The position numbers and the translations under genes are program-made. Below are positions 1 to 12,410 of a stretch of DNA of 64,000 nt, piece by piece. Under the pieces are notes generated by a model. That model worked only from the letters and a program-made list of their open reading frames with translations, did not search any database and had not been told where the DNA came from. The stretch covers positions 224,070,001 to 224,134,000 of the forward strand of contig NC_058368.1 in assembly GCF_018350175.1 (NCBI RefSeq), read 5' to 3'. Positions within the stretch are counted from its first letter, which is position 1, and each line of letters begins with the position of its first letter. Origin of the DNA: Felis catus (taxonomy: Eukaryota).

Positions 1-430
1 TTTCCAAGTTTTCTGAAATGGAAGTTTGAATTCTTGATTTTAGTTGCTTCTATTTGTTAATATATGCATTTGATGCTTTAATTTTTTCTAAGCTTTAAAA
101 ATTTTCTGTTTTTGTCGCATCCCACAAATTTGTATACATCATCTTTTTTAAATTTCTCAAGACTTTTCCTTTGACAACTATATTATGTGCTATACTCGTA
201 TGTTACATGCTAGATGAGTGCTGGTGATTTTACAGCAATATTTCTGTTATTGGTTTCTAAAATCAGTACACTACCGTCTGGATATACCTTTTTATGATTT
301 TTATTCTTTTACATTTGTTATGTCTAGTGACGGCTCAGAATATGGTCTACCTTGTTGAGTGTTCCATATGTGCTTGAGAAGAATGTATATTTTGCTCTTT
401 TTGGATGGAATATTCTACAGATGGCAATTA
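1..430 (-). mobile_element. Old L1 (L1M-type) ORF2 fragment
   Basis: Typical antisense L1 motif 'gttccatatgtgcttgagaagaatgtatattttgctctttttggatggaatattct'. Confidence 0.75.
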
Positions 431-1218
431 TATAAAGTCATAGTGGTTTTAGAAACTGTCCATACATCAGCCTAAACCTTTACATTAGATCATGACTTAT
501 TCTTATGATGAATAGAAAATACGCATACAATTTCAAGTTCTTTAATCTTGGAGAATTTTTCTATTCCATTGTCCTCCAGTGCCTTCCCAGGCTGAAGCTG
601 AAAAAGATGTAACAGGTCACTGCCAGCTTGGACTGCATCTTACAGATTCAAATGTAAATTAACTTCCACATTAAGTAAGTGGATTGTAGGAGAATGTAGA
701 TGCTGATTAAGAGAGAAGAGATGTCTTAGAGTAAGTGTACAGAGTAAGTGTACTGAGAGACTAAGCAAAGTATTCATGCAACTCACATCTCCAGGAGTTG
801 GTTTGGCATATCGCCACCTATGCTTGATTTGTAAACAATGGTTGAATCTGATTTTTGTGCTAAGTACATGAGATAGTGTCTGTTTCATGACAGACAACCC
901 AGATCACATAGCTACCTTTTCCCGAGTGCTTACATATTCATTCTTCACTTAATCTAGCCATCCATGAGCTATGTGTCAAAAGAAGAATAATTACTTTCTA
1001 GAGAGCATAGCTTCAGAATAAAATCTCAGGGGACTGTTTTTATGAGTCTTGTGTTAGGGCTTACCACAGGATCTGCACATATCCTATTCTGCCTAAGACA
1101 TCCTATGCAACGTTGGATCTACTAAATCAGACAATGGAAAGTTGAAGCTGAATGCATTTCCAGTTTAAATAAAGAAACTTCTCTACTTCCAAACCCTATC
1201 AAGTCTCAAAACTCTTCT

Positions 1219-1422
1219 TTTTTTAAAGTTTATTTATTTTCAGAGACACATAGACAGTGTGAGTGGAGGAGGGGCAGAAAGAGAGGGAGAGAGAGAGAAT
1301 CCCAGACTCTGCACTGCCAGCACAGAGCCCAATGTGGGTCACAAACCCACCAGATTGCAAGATCATGACCTGAGGCAAAACCAGGAGTCAGACACTTAAC
1401 CGACTGAACTACCAGACGTTCC
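1219..1422 (-). mobile_element. CAN-SINE
   Basis: T tail, (GA) tract, tRNA-like head; TSD tctcaaaactcttct at 1204-1218 and 1426-1440. Confidence 0.95.
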
Positions 1423-1609
1423 AACTCTCAAAACTCTTCTAATCATTCGTTAAATTTATAAGAGCAGCATATCTAATTGTGTATATGTTATTTCCAAAAT
1501 CTCAAGTCTTTGTAAGCACTGCATTTCTAATTTAATGGCAGGGGGCCCAAAGTTTAGAAAAGCATATTACTTAAAGCATTGCAATTTACTGAATATAATA
1601 TATTTAAAA

Positions 1610-1945
1610 ACACTGTTTCTTTTAGAGCTGACTTAAGTTTACAGCAAACCAGAGAGGACGGTGCAGAGATTTCCAATATATTCTATAGCTTCATAGACTC
1701 TACCATTATCGACACCTTTCTCGTTCCCTTGCCTAGAGTGGTACATTGGTTACAACTGATGAACTTATAAAGGCATGTGATCATCTCCCAAAGTCCATAG
1801 TTCACATAGGGTTCACTCTTGGTGTGATATATTCTGTGGGTTTGGACAGATGTATAATGACATTTGTCCATCATTTTATCACCACGCAGAGCATTTTCAC
1901 TGCCCTAAGTGCCCTCTTTGCCTCACCTATTCATCTCCCACCTCA
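1610..1945 (-). mobile_element. L1MC/L1MD-like 3' UTR fragment
   Basis: 'aaagtccatagttcacatagggttcactcttggtgtg...tgggtttggacagatgtataatgac' resembles old L1 3' ends. Confidence 0.75.
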
Positions 1946-2360
1946 ATGGATATGTTCTGAATTTTTGTGTGCCTCAAAAATTCATATGTTTAAATCCTTT
2001 TTTTAGAAGGTTTATTATTTATTTTTGATAGACAGAGAGACAGAGCTGGAGCAGGGGAGGGGCAAAGAGAAAGGGAGACACAGAATCTGAAGCAGCCCCC
2101 AGGCTCTGAGCTATCAGCACAGAGCCCCATGTGGGGTTCAAACTCATGAACTATGAGATCATAACCTGAGCCGAGGTGGGACACTCAACTGACTGAGCCA
2201 CCCAGACGCCCCTATACGTTGAAATCCTTATGCCCAAAGTGATGATATTAAAGGTGGGGACTTTGAGAAAAGAATAAGTCATGAGGTCAGAGCCCTTAAT
2301 AAAGAAGCCCCAGAGAGATCCTTCACTTCTTCAACTATTTGAGGTCACAGTGAGAAACAA
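1946..2360 (+). mobile_element. MaLR LTR (MLT1A/B-like), interrupted by a SINE
   Basis: 'ctgaatttttgtgtgcctcaaaaattcatatgtt...aaagtgatgatattaaaggtggggactttgag'. Confidence 0.7.
1998..2212 (-). mobile_element. CAN-SINE (SINEC_Fc-like)
   Basis: Full SINE body; degenerate TSD tatgtttaaatcct / tacgttgaaatcct. Confidence 0.95.
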
Positions 2361-2365
2361 GAACC

Positions 2366-2557
2366 TATTTATTTTTCAGAGAGACAGACAAAAATGTGAG
2401 CAGGGGAGGGGCAGAGAGGGAGGCCCAGAATCAGAAGCAGGCTCCAGACTCCATGCTGTCAGCACAGAGACCGATGTGGGACTTGAACTCACTAACTATG
2501 AGGCCATGACCTGAGCCAAAGTCGGATGCTTAACCAACTGAGCCACCCAGGTGACCT
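2366..2557 (-). mobile_element. CAN-SINE
   Basis: 'gaagcaggctccag...atgacctgagccaaagtcggatgcttaaccaactgagccacccagg'. Confidence 0.93.
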
Positions 2558-3020
2558 GATATGGAACAGATTTCTGTATGTTGTTAGTATCCCGCAGTTT
2601 TACCAGATTCGTGTATCTGTTCTAGCCATTTTTTGGTGGAGTCTTTGGGTTTTCTACATAGAGTTTCATGTCATCTGAAAATACTGGAAGTTTGATTCTT
2701 TGCCAGTTTGCATGCCTTTTATTTCTTTTAGTTGTCTGATTGCTGAGGTTCAGACTTCTAGCACTACGTTAAGTGACGATGGTGAGAATCTTGTTCCTGA
2801 CCATACAAGAAAAGCTCTCAATATTTTCCCCATTGAGGATGATATTTACCCATTGAGGATGTGGATCTTTTATCTATGGCCTTTATGATGTTGACGTGGT
2901 CCCCTCTATTCTTACTCTGCTGAAGGTTTTTATCAAGAATGGATGTGGTACTTTGCCAGGTGCCTCTTCTGCATCTATTGAGAGAATCATATAGTTCTCA
3001 TCCTTTCTTTTATTAATGTG
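2558..3020 (-). mobile_element. L1 ORF2 (RT region) fragment
   Basis: 'ttttatcaagaatggatgtggtactttg...tctgcatctattgagagaatcatatagttc' antisense L1 ORF2. Confidence 0.85.
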
Positions 3021-3373
3021 GACACACTGTTGCTGGTTTGATGCAAAGTGGATTGTTGGCAACCTTAAGGAGGTGAGAGAAGCTCATGAAACAACCCAGC
3101 AAGGAAATGAGCATTTCAGCTCTACCGCAAAGAACAATGAATTTTGCCAACAACCTGAATGGGCCTAGAAGCATACTCTTCCCAAGAGGCTCTAGATATG
3201 AGTTCAGGTCAGTCCATTCCTGGATTTCAGCCTCTGGGCCACAAGGCAGAGAAAATAGTAGAGCAAACTCAGACTTCTACCCTATAGAACTATAAGATAA
3301 TAAATATGTGTCATGTTTAGACACTACGTTCGTTTGTGGTAATTTGTGGCAACAGCAATGGAAAACTCACATA
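3021..3373 (+). mobile_element. MaLR LTR 3' half (MLT1D/E-like)
   Basis: 'tgaattttgccaacaacctgaatg...agaactataagataataaat...gtggtaatttgtggcaacagcaatggaaaac'. Confidence 0.8.
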
Positions 3374-4249
3374 GTCATTTAACTGTATGTTGAGAAAGGG
3401 AAACTGCACTTCTTTCCAAGACTCTGGGGAGGGAAAAAGCATTTCTGGAGGTTTTTTTTGCTTATTTTGGTAGAAAAAAAATAGACATCCACTAGCTACA
3501 AAAGTACACATTATGTACCAAAAGCTGTACTGATATGAACCATAAAAAGACTACATCTGTCAATAGCTATATTTTGTAGTGATGATGTGATTAAACTTAT
3601 AAAAATATGTTATAATTTGTGTTTTTCCTTAGAAATATTTACATTTAAAAATGAGTGCTTATTTTAAATCAAGACCCATGAATCCATCTTAGCAGATGGA
3701 GCTCTCATTTCCTTGGAAGCTCAGTCATACATTATTGATTTGGGTTTATTATTTTAGAAAGGAGGAGAAAGTTAAAGGATTTAACATGGTCTTTTCTATC
3801 ATAGTTGCTCTTAATTTTATGGTCCATAAAGATAATAGATGAATTTATCCAGTTACTATGATATGTATTATAACTCTAAACTTAAGAACTAAGAAGAAAT
3901 TGAGGATCCTAAGTAGAATACCATCAAGTTGTACTTTGTCAAAAGTCTACATATCACTAGAACTTTACAAAACTCCACTCTGGTTACTAGACACCCTTGG
4001 GATACCTTGTTTCCTAGAATAAATGCAAGATCAAAGTTACTTCCTAAATACACTTGGAGATCATTTTCCATGTAAAACTGCTACAATTCTGCTGAGAAAT
4101 ATAGTAGAGATGTTAATAATACATGTGGGAATATATAAGTTTCTAGAAGGTTGCTTAATCCCTCATTTATTCATGAATTGATGAATATGTGAAGTCAAAG
4201 TGTTATAATTAGGTGACTTTTACATTGGTTCAAAATACTGTTGGATGAA

Positions 4250-4453
4250 GGGCCTGGGTGGCTCAGTTGGTTAAGCGTCCAACTCTTGGTTTCGGCTCAG
4301 GTCATGATCTCACAGTTTGTACGTTTGAGTTCCACATCGGTCTCTGAGATGACAGTGTGGAGCCTGCTTGGGATTCTCTCTCTCCTCCTCTCTCTCTGCC
4401 CCTCCTGCACGTGATCTCTCTCTATCTCAAAATAAATACACTAATTAAAAAAA
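4250..4453 (+). mobile_element. CAN-SINE
   Basis: Head 'gggcctgggtggctcagttggttaag', CT tract, A tail; aaaatactgttg on both flanks. Confidence 0.95.
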
Positions 4454-5313
4454 ATACTGTTGTAATTTTCATAGTTATACACATCAGCAATGACTTTAGA
4501 TTATTTCTATTTCATTATTAGAGGCATGGTAATGTTAACATCAACAATTATATTGGTGAACAATTCTGACTCCATACTGTGGTAAGTGTATTCATCTTGT
4601 TCCTTACATTGGTTTCTGCCATCCCAGAAAAACACAAAAACAAAAACAAAAACAAAAACAGAGGCCAACTAAATGCAATGCCTTCTACTATAGTCCCAGA
4701 CAGTTAGAGCACAACCCAAATATGTTATAAACTTCACCAAAGTATTTCTCAAGATGCTCATGAAAAGAGTGTCTATTGGGCTTTGTTAATAGACACAGTC
4801 CAGGGACTAATAGAAGTGTCCCCATAAATAACATACTTCAACATTCCTACTAAAGAATCCAATACGTAATTGACATTGTAATTTCATTACACATGGGCCA
4901 CTCCTGAACCTATATTTTGGCAAAAACAGGACTAACAGTTGGAAGCAAACTCAGACAAACAAGCCATGCCATCGTCTTTCGAATTACATGCATAAATGCA
5001 ATTTTTAGCCTAATAAACAGTCAAGTTTTTTTCTTTATTTAGTTTTAGAATTCATTTTTGCACATGAGCTGAAAAAGAAATAAATTCAGCAAAGTTTTGC
5101 AATTGTATTCTAATGCTTGTGTTTCATTGTTTAACATTGCCATTGGTCCTGAAGTTATGCAAGTATCTGATCTAATTGTTCCTTGTAAGAAACTGTGGAT
5201 TGTGAGGACAGTGCGAATGGAAAAGATCTTACTCCCATCACCTTCATACTTAACCTTGGGGTAGCCTTGAGAACCAAAAGATAATATCTTTCCCATCTGT
5301 ATGATTAAATTGA

Positions 5314-5605
<292 letters not shown>

Positions 5606-5788
5606 GTTTATTTATTTATTTTGAGGTAGAGAGAGTGCGAGCAGGGAAGGGCCAGAGAGAGAGGGAGAGAAAGAATCGCATGCTGACAGCACAGAGCCTG
5701 ATGTAGGGCTCAGTCACCAACAGCAAGATCAGGATCTAAGCCAATATCAAGAGTTGGACGCTTAATCAACTGAGCCACCCAGGTGCCC
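5606..5788 (-). mobile_element. CAN-SINE
   Basis: Ends 'cttaatcaactgagccacccaggtgccc'. Confidence 0.92.
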
Positions 5789-5966
5789 TGTATTGATCTA
5801 CTTTAGATGAAAGTGCATAATGTAAAGAATAATAAACACAACATCCAAAAACACAACAAATGCTTCAGCTATTTTACCACATTTTCATTATATCATTTAA
5901 TATTAATAATAATAATAAGGAATTGCTAATGTGTACAAAATGTCTTTTTAGAATGATGAAAACTGA

Positions 5967-6162
5967 GAAACCTGGGTGGTTCAGTCGGTTAAGTGTCTGG
6001 CTCTGGATTTTGGCTCAGGTCGTGATCTCACAGTTAGTGAGATGGAGCCCCATGTCAGGCTTTGTGCTGACAGCTTGGAGCCGGCTTGAGATTTTCTCTT
6101 TCCCTCTTTCCCTGTCCCTTCCCCTACCCACCCCCCAGAAAATAAATAAATAAACTTAAAAA
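5967..6162 (+). mobile_element. CAN-SINE
   Basis: SINE body; TSD aatgatgaaaa. Confidence 0.92.
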
Positions 6163-6458
6163 ATGATGAAAAGTTTCTAAACTTATAGTGTTAGTTGCAT
6201 AACTCTATAAATATTTCCAAATTATTGAATTGTACACTTTAAGTAGGTGAACTTTTATGGTAAATGAATTACACCACAATAAATATGTCTATAAAAATAT
6301 TATAGACACCATTAAAATGTCTCTTTTAATCCATCCCTGATTTTAATGCCTTTTCCATTTCACCAGAGTCTCTGCATGCTTAAGTTGGAATACATTTCTT
6401 TCTCATTATTTTCACACATTTTTTTCATATGCAGGTAGCTGTAAAAACATCAAATACT

Positions 6459-6665
6459 GGGGCACCTGGGTGGCTCAATCATAAGCATCCAACTTTGGCT
6501 CAGGTCATGATCTCATGGTTGGTGGGCTCAAGGCCCATGTAGGCTCTGTGCTGACACCTCAAAGCCTGGAGCCTGCTTTGGATTCTGTGTCTTCCTCTCT
6601 CTCTGCCCCTCCCTCACTTGTGCTCTGTCTCTGTCTCTCAGAAATGAATAAACATTTAAAATAAA
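6459..6665 (+). mobile_element. CAN-SINE
   Basis: 'ggggcacctgggtggctca' head; atcaaatact on both flanks. Confidence 0.94.
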
Positions 6666-7059
6666 TTATAAACAGAAAAATCAAATACTAATTATGTGCA
6701 TTTAAAAACATGAAAATTGTCTCTTTTTGTACATTGTAATGTGTGTATTTAATATAATTTGTAGGTTTATACTTATTAATCATATGAATCAAGTTAATTT
6801 TCATTCCTCTATATTTTCTAATTGAATAAGTCAAATATATTTATCCTATTCCTGAATAATATTTCAAAATTTTGTCATGGCAAATAACACAAGTAGAAAC
6901 ATTCTTGTACATGTTATCTTTGTCTGTATTTGTACATAAAATATGCATGTGCAAGTAGAAATTTGCAGATGAAGGGCCTACAAATTGTCGTATTTACGGA
7001 TAGTGACAATATATTCTTCATAGTTTTTATTTTACCAATTTATGCTTACACCAAGAAAG

Positions 7060-7123
7060 TGCATATGTGTGTGTATGTATGTGTACGTGCACATGCACGT
7101 GCATGTGTGTATGTGTGTGTGTG
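7060..7123. repeat. Imperfect (TG)n/(RY)n microsatellite
   Basis: Alternating purine-pyrimidine run. Confidence 0.85.
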
Positions 7124-7399
7124 TTAGTTCTTCTCCCTGTGGCTTTGATGAGTCTTTTACTAGGGACACTTTAAACATGAACCATTGTTCATTGGAATTT
7201 TTTCCTGGAAAATGCAATTTTGAGATGATTCTGATTTTCAAAGATTACCTATGTTCGAACAAAAATATTCAGAATAGAGGTGTTTATGTATTTAGAAACA
7301 TGGGTTTATGTGAACTTTAAAATCCACTGTACCTTCAAACATCAGACACAAACATCAAGTAATGTAGCAAAGGGCAGGAGACCCATCTAGGTGCGTGCA

Positions 7400-7610
7400 G
7401 TGCTCTGGCCCCAGATAATAAAATGGACTTCAAATCACTGTGTGTGTATCTGTCAGACTCACAAACGTTTACTACTTTCTTCCCACACTGTAAAATTTTA
7501 AGTGACAATGACCTCATGGCAGTACTATATGTAATAACAATGGTAACATGTGGGGTCTCATGACTTGCCCACAGCTGGTGCTCAAAAGATATTAGTTTCC
7601 TTCTCTCTTT
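7400..7610. mobile_element. MIR relic
   Basis: Core-like 'ctgtaaaat...acctcatgg' and 'gtgctcaaaagatattagtttcc'. Confidence 0.55.
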
Positions 7611-7789
7611 CTATTAGTAGTTATTTTTAAACTGATGATAGTTTTGTTGGTTTTTCCTAAATCATTGGCCTACATAAGTGGATAATGCTCTCAGATTACA
7701 AATATCATTACAAATAATTATTTTAATCTTTGTGATATGGAAAAGGTACAGTATCATATAAAAATCAAAATATTAGCAGAATGAGTATC

Positions 7790-8480
7790 CATTTACCCAT
7801 CAGCTGAATTTCAACAACTGTCAGTTGGTGGTAACATTATTTCATTCATTCTATACTCAAAATGCCCTTTTCACTTCTGGATTATGTTTAGGGAGATTCC
7901 AAATATCAGACAACATTTTTGTAAATAATTATCTTATATCTTAGTATGTATCTCTAAGAGATACACACACACAAACACATACTGCTATCAGGCATAAATA
8001 ATTGATAATATATTCTTTTAATAATCAAAGATCTAATTAATGTTAAGCTTTTTCCACCTGTCACATAAACCTCTTTTTACAGTTACTAGTTTGAATCAGA
8101 ATCCAAATAAAGTCCAAGTGCTATAGTCACCTTATGGGTCTCCTTGGTCTCTTTTAATTATAAATTCCATATCATAATTTTCCTTGAAATTAACTTACCA
8201 AAACAATCGGGTGGATGGTCCTGAAGAGTTCTATGTTTTACTAACTTCATTTTCATTGTGTCATTTAATATTTTCCTCTAATCCCTACATTTCTATAAAC
8301 TTGTCGTCACATGGTCACGTTCAGGTTGAATATTTGTCAGGGCTACCTCTTAGACAGTATTCTTCTTCTTTCTTCTTTTTGCTTCCTTCCTTCTTCCTTC
8401 TTTTCTTTCCTTCCCTCTCACCCTCCCTTCCACTAGCTGTCTCTTATTTTGTTGTTGAAAGATGCAAAAATCTCCACAAT
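7790..8480 (-). mobile_element. Old L1 (L1MC4/L1ME-like) 3' fragment
   Basis: 'ttagtatgtatctctaa', 'gtttgaatcagaatccaaataaagtcca' motifs. Confidence 0.6.
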
Positions 8481-8489
8481 TATTAGATG

Positions 8490-8702
8490 CTTTTAAATTT
8501 TTTAAGAACATTTTATTGTTGAGAGACAGAGACAGACCACGAGCAGGGGAGGAGCAGAAAGAGAGGGAGACAGAGAATCCGAAGCAGGCTCCAGGCTCTG
8601 AGCTGTCAGCACAGAGCTCGATTTAGGGCTCAAACTTATGAGCCGTGGGATCACGTCCTGAGCCAAAGCCGGACACTTAACTGACAGCCAGCCAGATGTC
8701 CG
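8490..8702 (-). mobile_element. CAN-SINE
   Basis: 'gaatccgaagcaggctccaggctctgagctgtcagcacagag'. Confidence 0.94.
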
Positions 8703-8720
8703 TTAAATGATAATATTCTA

Positions 8721-8930
8721 GTGGTGCCTGGCTGGCTCAGGCTGTTAAGCATCCCATTCTTGATCTCAGCTCAGGTTATGATCTCACAGTTCATGAGATC
8801 GAGCTCCGTGTTGGGCTCTGCACTGAGCATGGGCCTGCTTTGGATTCTTTCTCTCCCTCTCTTTCTGCCCTTTCCCCAATCTCGTGTGCACACATGCATA
8901 AGCACTCTCTCTCTCAAAATAAACTTTGAA
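8721..8930 (+). mobile_element. CAN-SINE
   Basis: SINE body; TSD aatgataatattcta / aatggtaatattcta. Confidence 0.93.
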
Positions 8931-9546
8931 AAATGGTAATATTCTAATTACTCATTCCATGTCCATTATAATCTAGGGCAACTCTAAGTACAAAATGAAT
9001 GTTCTTCATTAACCACTTGGTTGCTCTGAGGTGTTGCTCATACAGGAGATATGTTTAATTCAGGGTCTATCCAAGAGATTTCAAAGAAACATAAGTTGGT
9101 TCTCTACTTCCTCCAAAATTAAGCAATGATTTTTTTCCTCCTTATATCAGTGATGGAGTTAAATATATTTGCCGTATATTCATCTGTTGCACTTCTTTTT
9201 CATATTGAAGTATCATTTTCCATTTTTTTTTAAAGTTGCAACCCAAGTCCTGGAAAATCCAAGTCTCCAATAGCTTATGGGAAGTTTAGACACCACGATC
9301 TGAGTGCCACTGAAAATTTCCCATGGACAGAATTAAGAAATCTGTGTGATTTATTTTAAAAAATGCATAGTAAGTTTACAACTCTAATCCTAATTAAAAT
9401 TGTTAATTATGATTAACATACTATTAACATAATTTATTTCATGAAATTTTAAATTTTAGATTTTGAAAATTAATTTTGTTTGTGTAAAATTTTTGCATGG
9501 ATGCAAAGCCTAATCAACCAAACAAAATAGTTTTAAAAATATCTGT

Positions 9547-9772
9547 ATTTTAATTTTTTGACGTTTATTTACTTTTTTGAGAGACAGAGAGAGAGATAAA
9601 GCATGAGTAGGAGAGGGGAAGAGAGAGAAAGAGGGAGACACAGATTCCTGAGCAGCCTCCCAGCTCTGAGCTCCCAGCACAGAGCCTGATGCTGGGCTTG
9701 AACCCACGAACTGTGAGATTATGACCTGAGCTGAAGCTGGATGCTTAACGAATTGAGCCACCCAGGAACTCC
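9547..9772 (-). mobile_element. CAN-SINE
   Basis: SINE body; TSD taaaaatatct. Confidence 0.94.
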
Positions 9773-10339
9773 TAAAAATATCTAAATTTTAACTATACTT
9801 CCACCCTCTACCATCTTATCCTCCATATATTTTTATTTTAATTTATATTTTAGATGTATGTTTCTTATGTGAAAAAGCAGTATCCTGTTTACATTTAACT
9901 TTACTTTTCTTAACATAACAATGTATCTTGCATATGGTTAGAAATATTAGTAGAGAGATATTCTTCATTGGGTTTTATAGATAGAGTGTCCCAATGTGTG
10001 GATGCAAGATAACCATTTAACTAGACTCCTCTTAATGGATATTCAAGCTGCTTCAAATCTTTTATCATTAATATTACATTAATATTAATATTACAGTAAT
10101 CATTAATATTACAGTAAACAACCTCACACATACCCAGTTTTTCAAAATTGTCAGTGTTGGCTGGATTCAAATAACCAACACATACTTAATTTTCTGTGGG
10201 GCTTTGACCACAATATTGAACATTAAGAAAGATACGGGACAATTTTGTCTTGCTCTAGAGTTTGCTGGGGAAGACACTGATATTTCCTTGTGAAATAAGA
10301 TGTCAATTGGACTGAGGAGCGTCTGTGAGCATTCTTTGA

Positions 10340-10680
10340 AGTGATTTTTAACCCGAATGGTTATGACTTTTGCCAAATGTTTTGTTTATATCTACGGAGG
10401 TGACAGTACAGTTTTCTTTTTAGCTCTGTGGATGTCATGGATTATACTAACAGACTTTCACAGCTGCATTCTCAGAATAAGCTGCAATCGGCCGTGATCT
10501 AGTTATTATTGTGAAATGCCTTGGAACTTTGTTTGCCAATATTATATTGATTTTTGCCGTTGACAGTTATAAGTCAGATCAGACTTTATTTCTTCCTGAA
10601 GCAACATGCGTTGGCTTTTGATACCAATGTTATATTTGTTTCAGAGAAATGGTGTGAAAGTTTCCTTTTGTAATCCAGGA
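10340..10680 (-). mobile_element. Old L1 ORF2 fragment
   Basis: 'tttgccaaatgttttgtttatatctacggaggtgac', 'tttgccaatattatattgattttt'. Confidence 0.65.
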
Positions 10681-11868
10681 GTTGTTTATAGATCGTCTCA
10701 CCTTGTGTTTGTCACTTTTCTTTCAGCTCTTCCTTTCCTGAAATCACTTCACTACTGAATGTTGGAGATAATACCTTTCCAGGTCCTTTCCCTTTCTGGG
10801 TTGCGTTCACTTCTATTGGCTTCCCTCCCCACACCTGTGCCCTTTCCAGGGCACTTTTATTGATGTCACCAGGAGAAGACGGTCCCATTAACTCCCAAGT
10901 TTTTTTTTCTTTCCTTTCTGAGAAGGCAGTTCTTTTCTAGTCCTGGTCTCTTGAGCAATAGCCTGTCTTGGTCCACTGAGTCCGCAATACTCACGTGTGA
11001 CACTCCAGAAGGCAGGGGAATGAATGTCTGCTTCGAGCTCGGGGAGTGGGGAAAGGTGAGGAGGGCCCGATCTGTGTGTGGAGCCCGGGCAAAGTGAGTA
11101 GGGTCTGGGTGCACACCAGATCCAGTGCCCAAGGGTGCGGCTGAAGGCCAGGCTGGGTAGGTGGTTAAGCCTGAGATCCTGGGAGAGACGTCCTGAGGTC
11201 AAAGAAGTGTGTGGGGAGGGTCAGGGCAGGAGTCCAGAGGACATTTCAAGGGGTACTATGCGTGCAGCAGCCCAGGGGGTGGAGACACAGATGTGCAGGA
11301 CTTGGGTGAGTGTGTGACCCAGTCTCCCTCTCTTGCCCTTTGGGAAATCTGCAAGCCGGAACCCCTGTCCTCCCAAAGCTCACACACCTTCAGCGGGAGT
11401 GAGAGTGAGTGGGGCAGGAAGGAATTTCCATTGAAAATGTTTTAGGGCTCCAGGTCCGCATTCTGTGAGTGAGGAGCAAGGGGCCTGTTTTGATTCAGTC
11501 CTCAGAGCTGTTGGGAGACTGCCTTCTAGGGGTGAAGATGTTTCTCCAGAGGAGAAGGTGACAAAGAGGCTAAGAGGTATGGCCCATGCTTTTAGATACG
11601 GAATCAGGGAGCCTAGGTTGGGCGCCTTCACCATGCTTCCTTGTCAGAAAGGGTAGCCAGATTCCACACAATATTAGGTGTTCCCTCAGTCTGAAAACTT
11701 TAGACAGGCCTCTTCCTACCCCAAGGCTTTTGACCTCCCTTCCATCCTGGCCATTAAAGTATCTAGATGGCCTCTGTCCGTAGAGGTCCCTTCTTTCTGG
11801 GTTTCAGATCATTTGCTGTAGAAAATAAGTCCTGTGATTTCTTGGTCTGCTCTTTTAAGACGTAAATC

Positions 11869-12099
11869 TTTTTTTTTTTTTTTAATTTTTTTTTCAATGT
11901 TTTTATTTATTTTTGGGACAGAGAGAGACAGAGCATGAACGGGGGAGGGGCAAAGAGAGAGGGAGACACAGAATCGGAAACAGGCTCCAGGCTCTGAGCC
12001 ATCAGCCCAGAGCCCGACGCAGGGCTCGAACTCACGGACCGCGAGATCGTGACCTGGCTGAAGTCGGACGCTTAACCGACTGCGCCACCCAGGCGCCCC
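11869..12099 (-). mobile_element. Young SINEC_Fc
   Basis: CpGs largely intact; perfect TSD aagacgtaaatcttttt starting at 11857 and 12100. Confidence 0.98.
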
Positions 12100-12212
12100 A
12101 AGACGTAAATCTTTTTAAGAACCTCTTGCCAATTTTACAACCCAGGCCTATCTTTTTTCAGAAACCTGGAAGCTAGCCCGTTGAAATATGCCATCTAGGA
12201 ATACAGTGGCCA

Positions 12213-12410
12213 GGTTGCCCTGGTGGTTCAGTTGGTTTAGCTCTGGACTCTTGATTTCGGTTCAGCTCATGTTCTCACTCCTCAGTTCAAGCCCCACATC
12301 CGGCTGTGTGCTGACAGTGCAGAGCCCGCTTGGAATTCTCTCTCTCTCCCTCTTTCTCTGTCTCTCCTGCACTCTCTTTCTCTCTCAAAATAAATAAATA
12401 AACTTAAAAA
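12213..12410 (+). mobile_element. CAN-SINE
   Basis: TSD aggaatacagtgg. Confidence 0.94.

Noticed and set aside
4250..4330. tRNA-like A/B box sequences
   Set aside because: SINE heads derived from tRNA; no complete tRNA gene seen
11913..12176. SINE-derived ORFs (this one and the recurrent 'MAQSVKRPT..AQVMIS' type)
   Set aside because: Reading frames through CAN-SINEs, not genes
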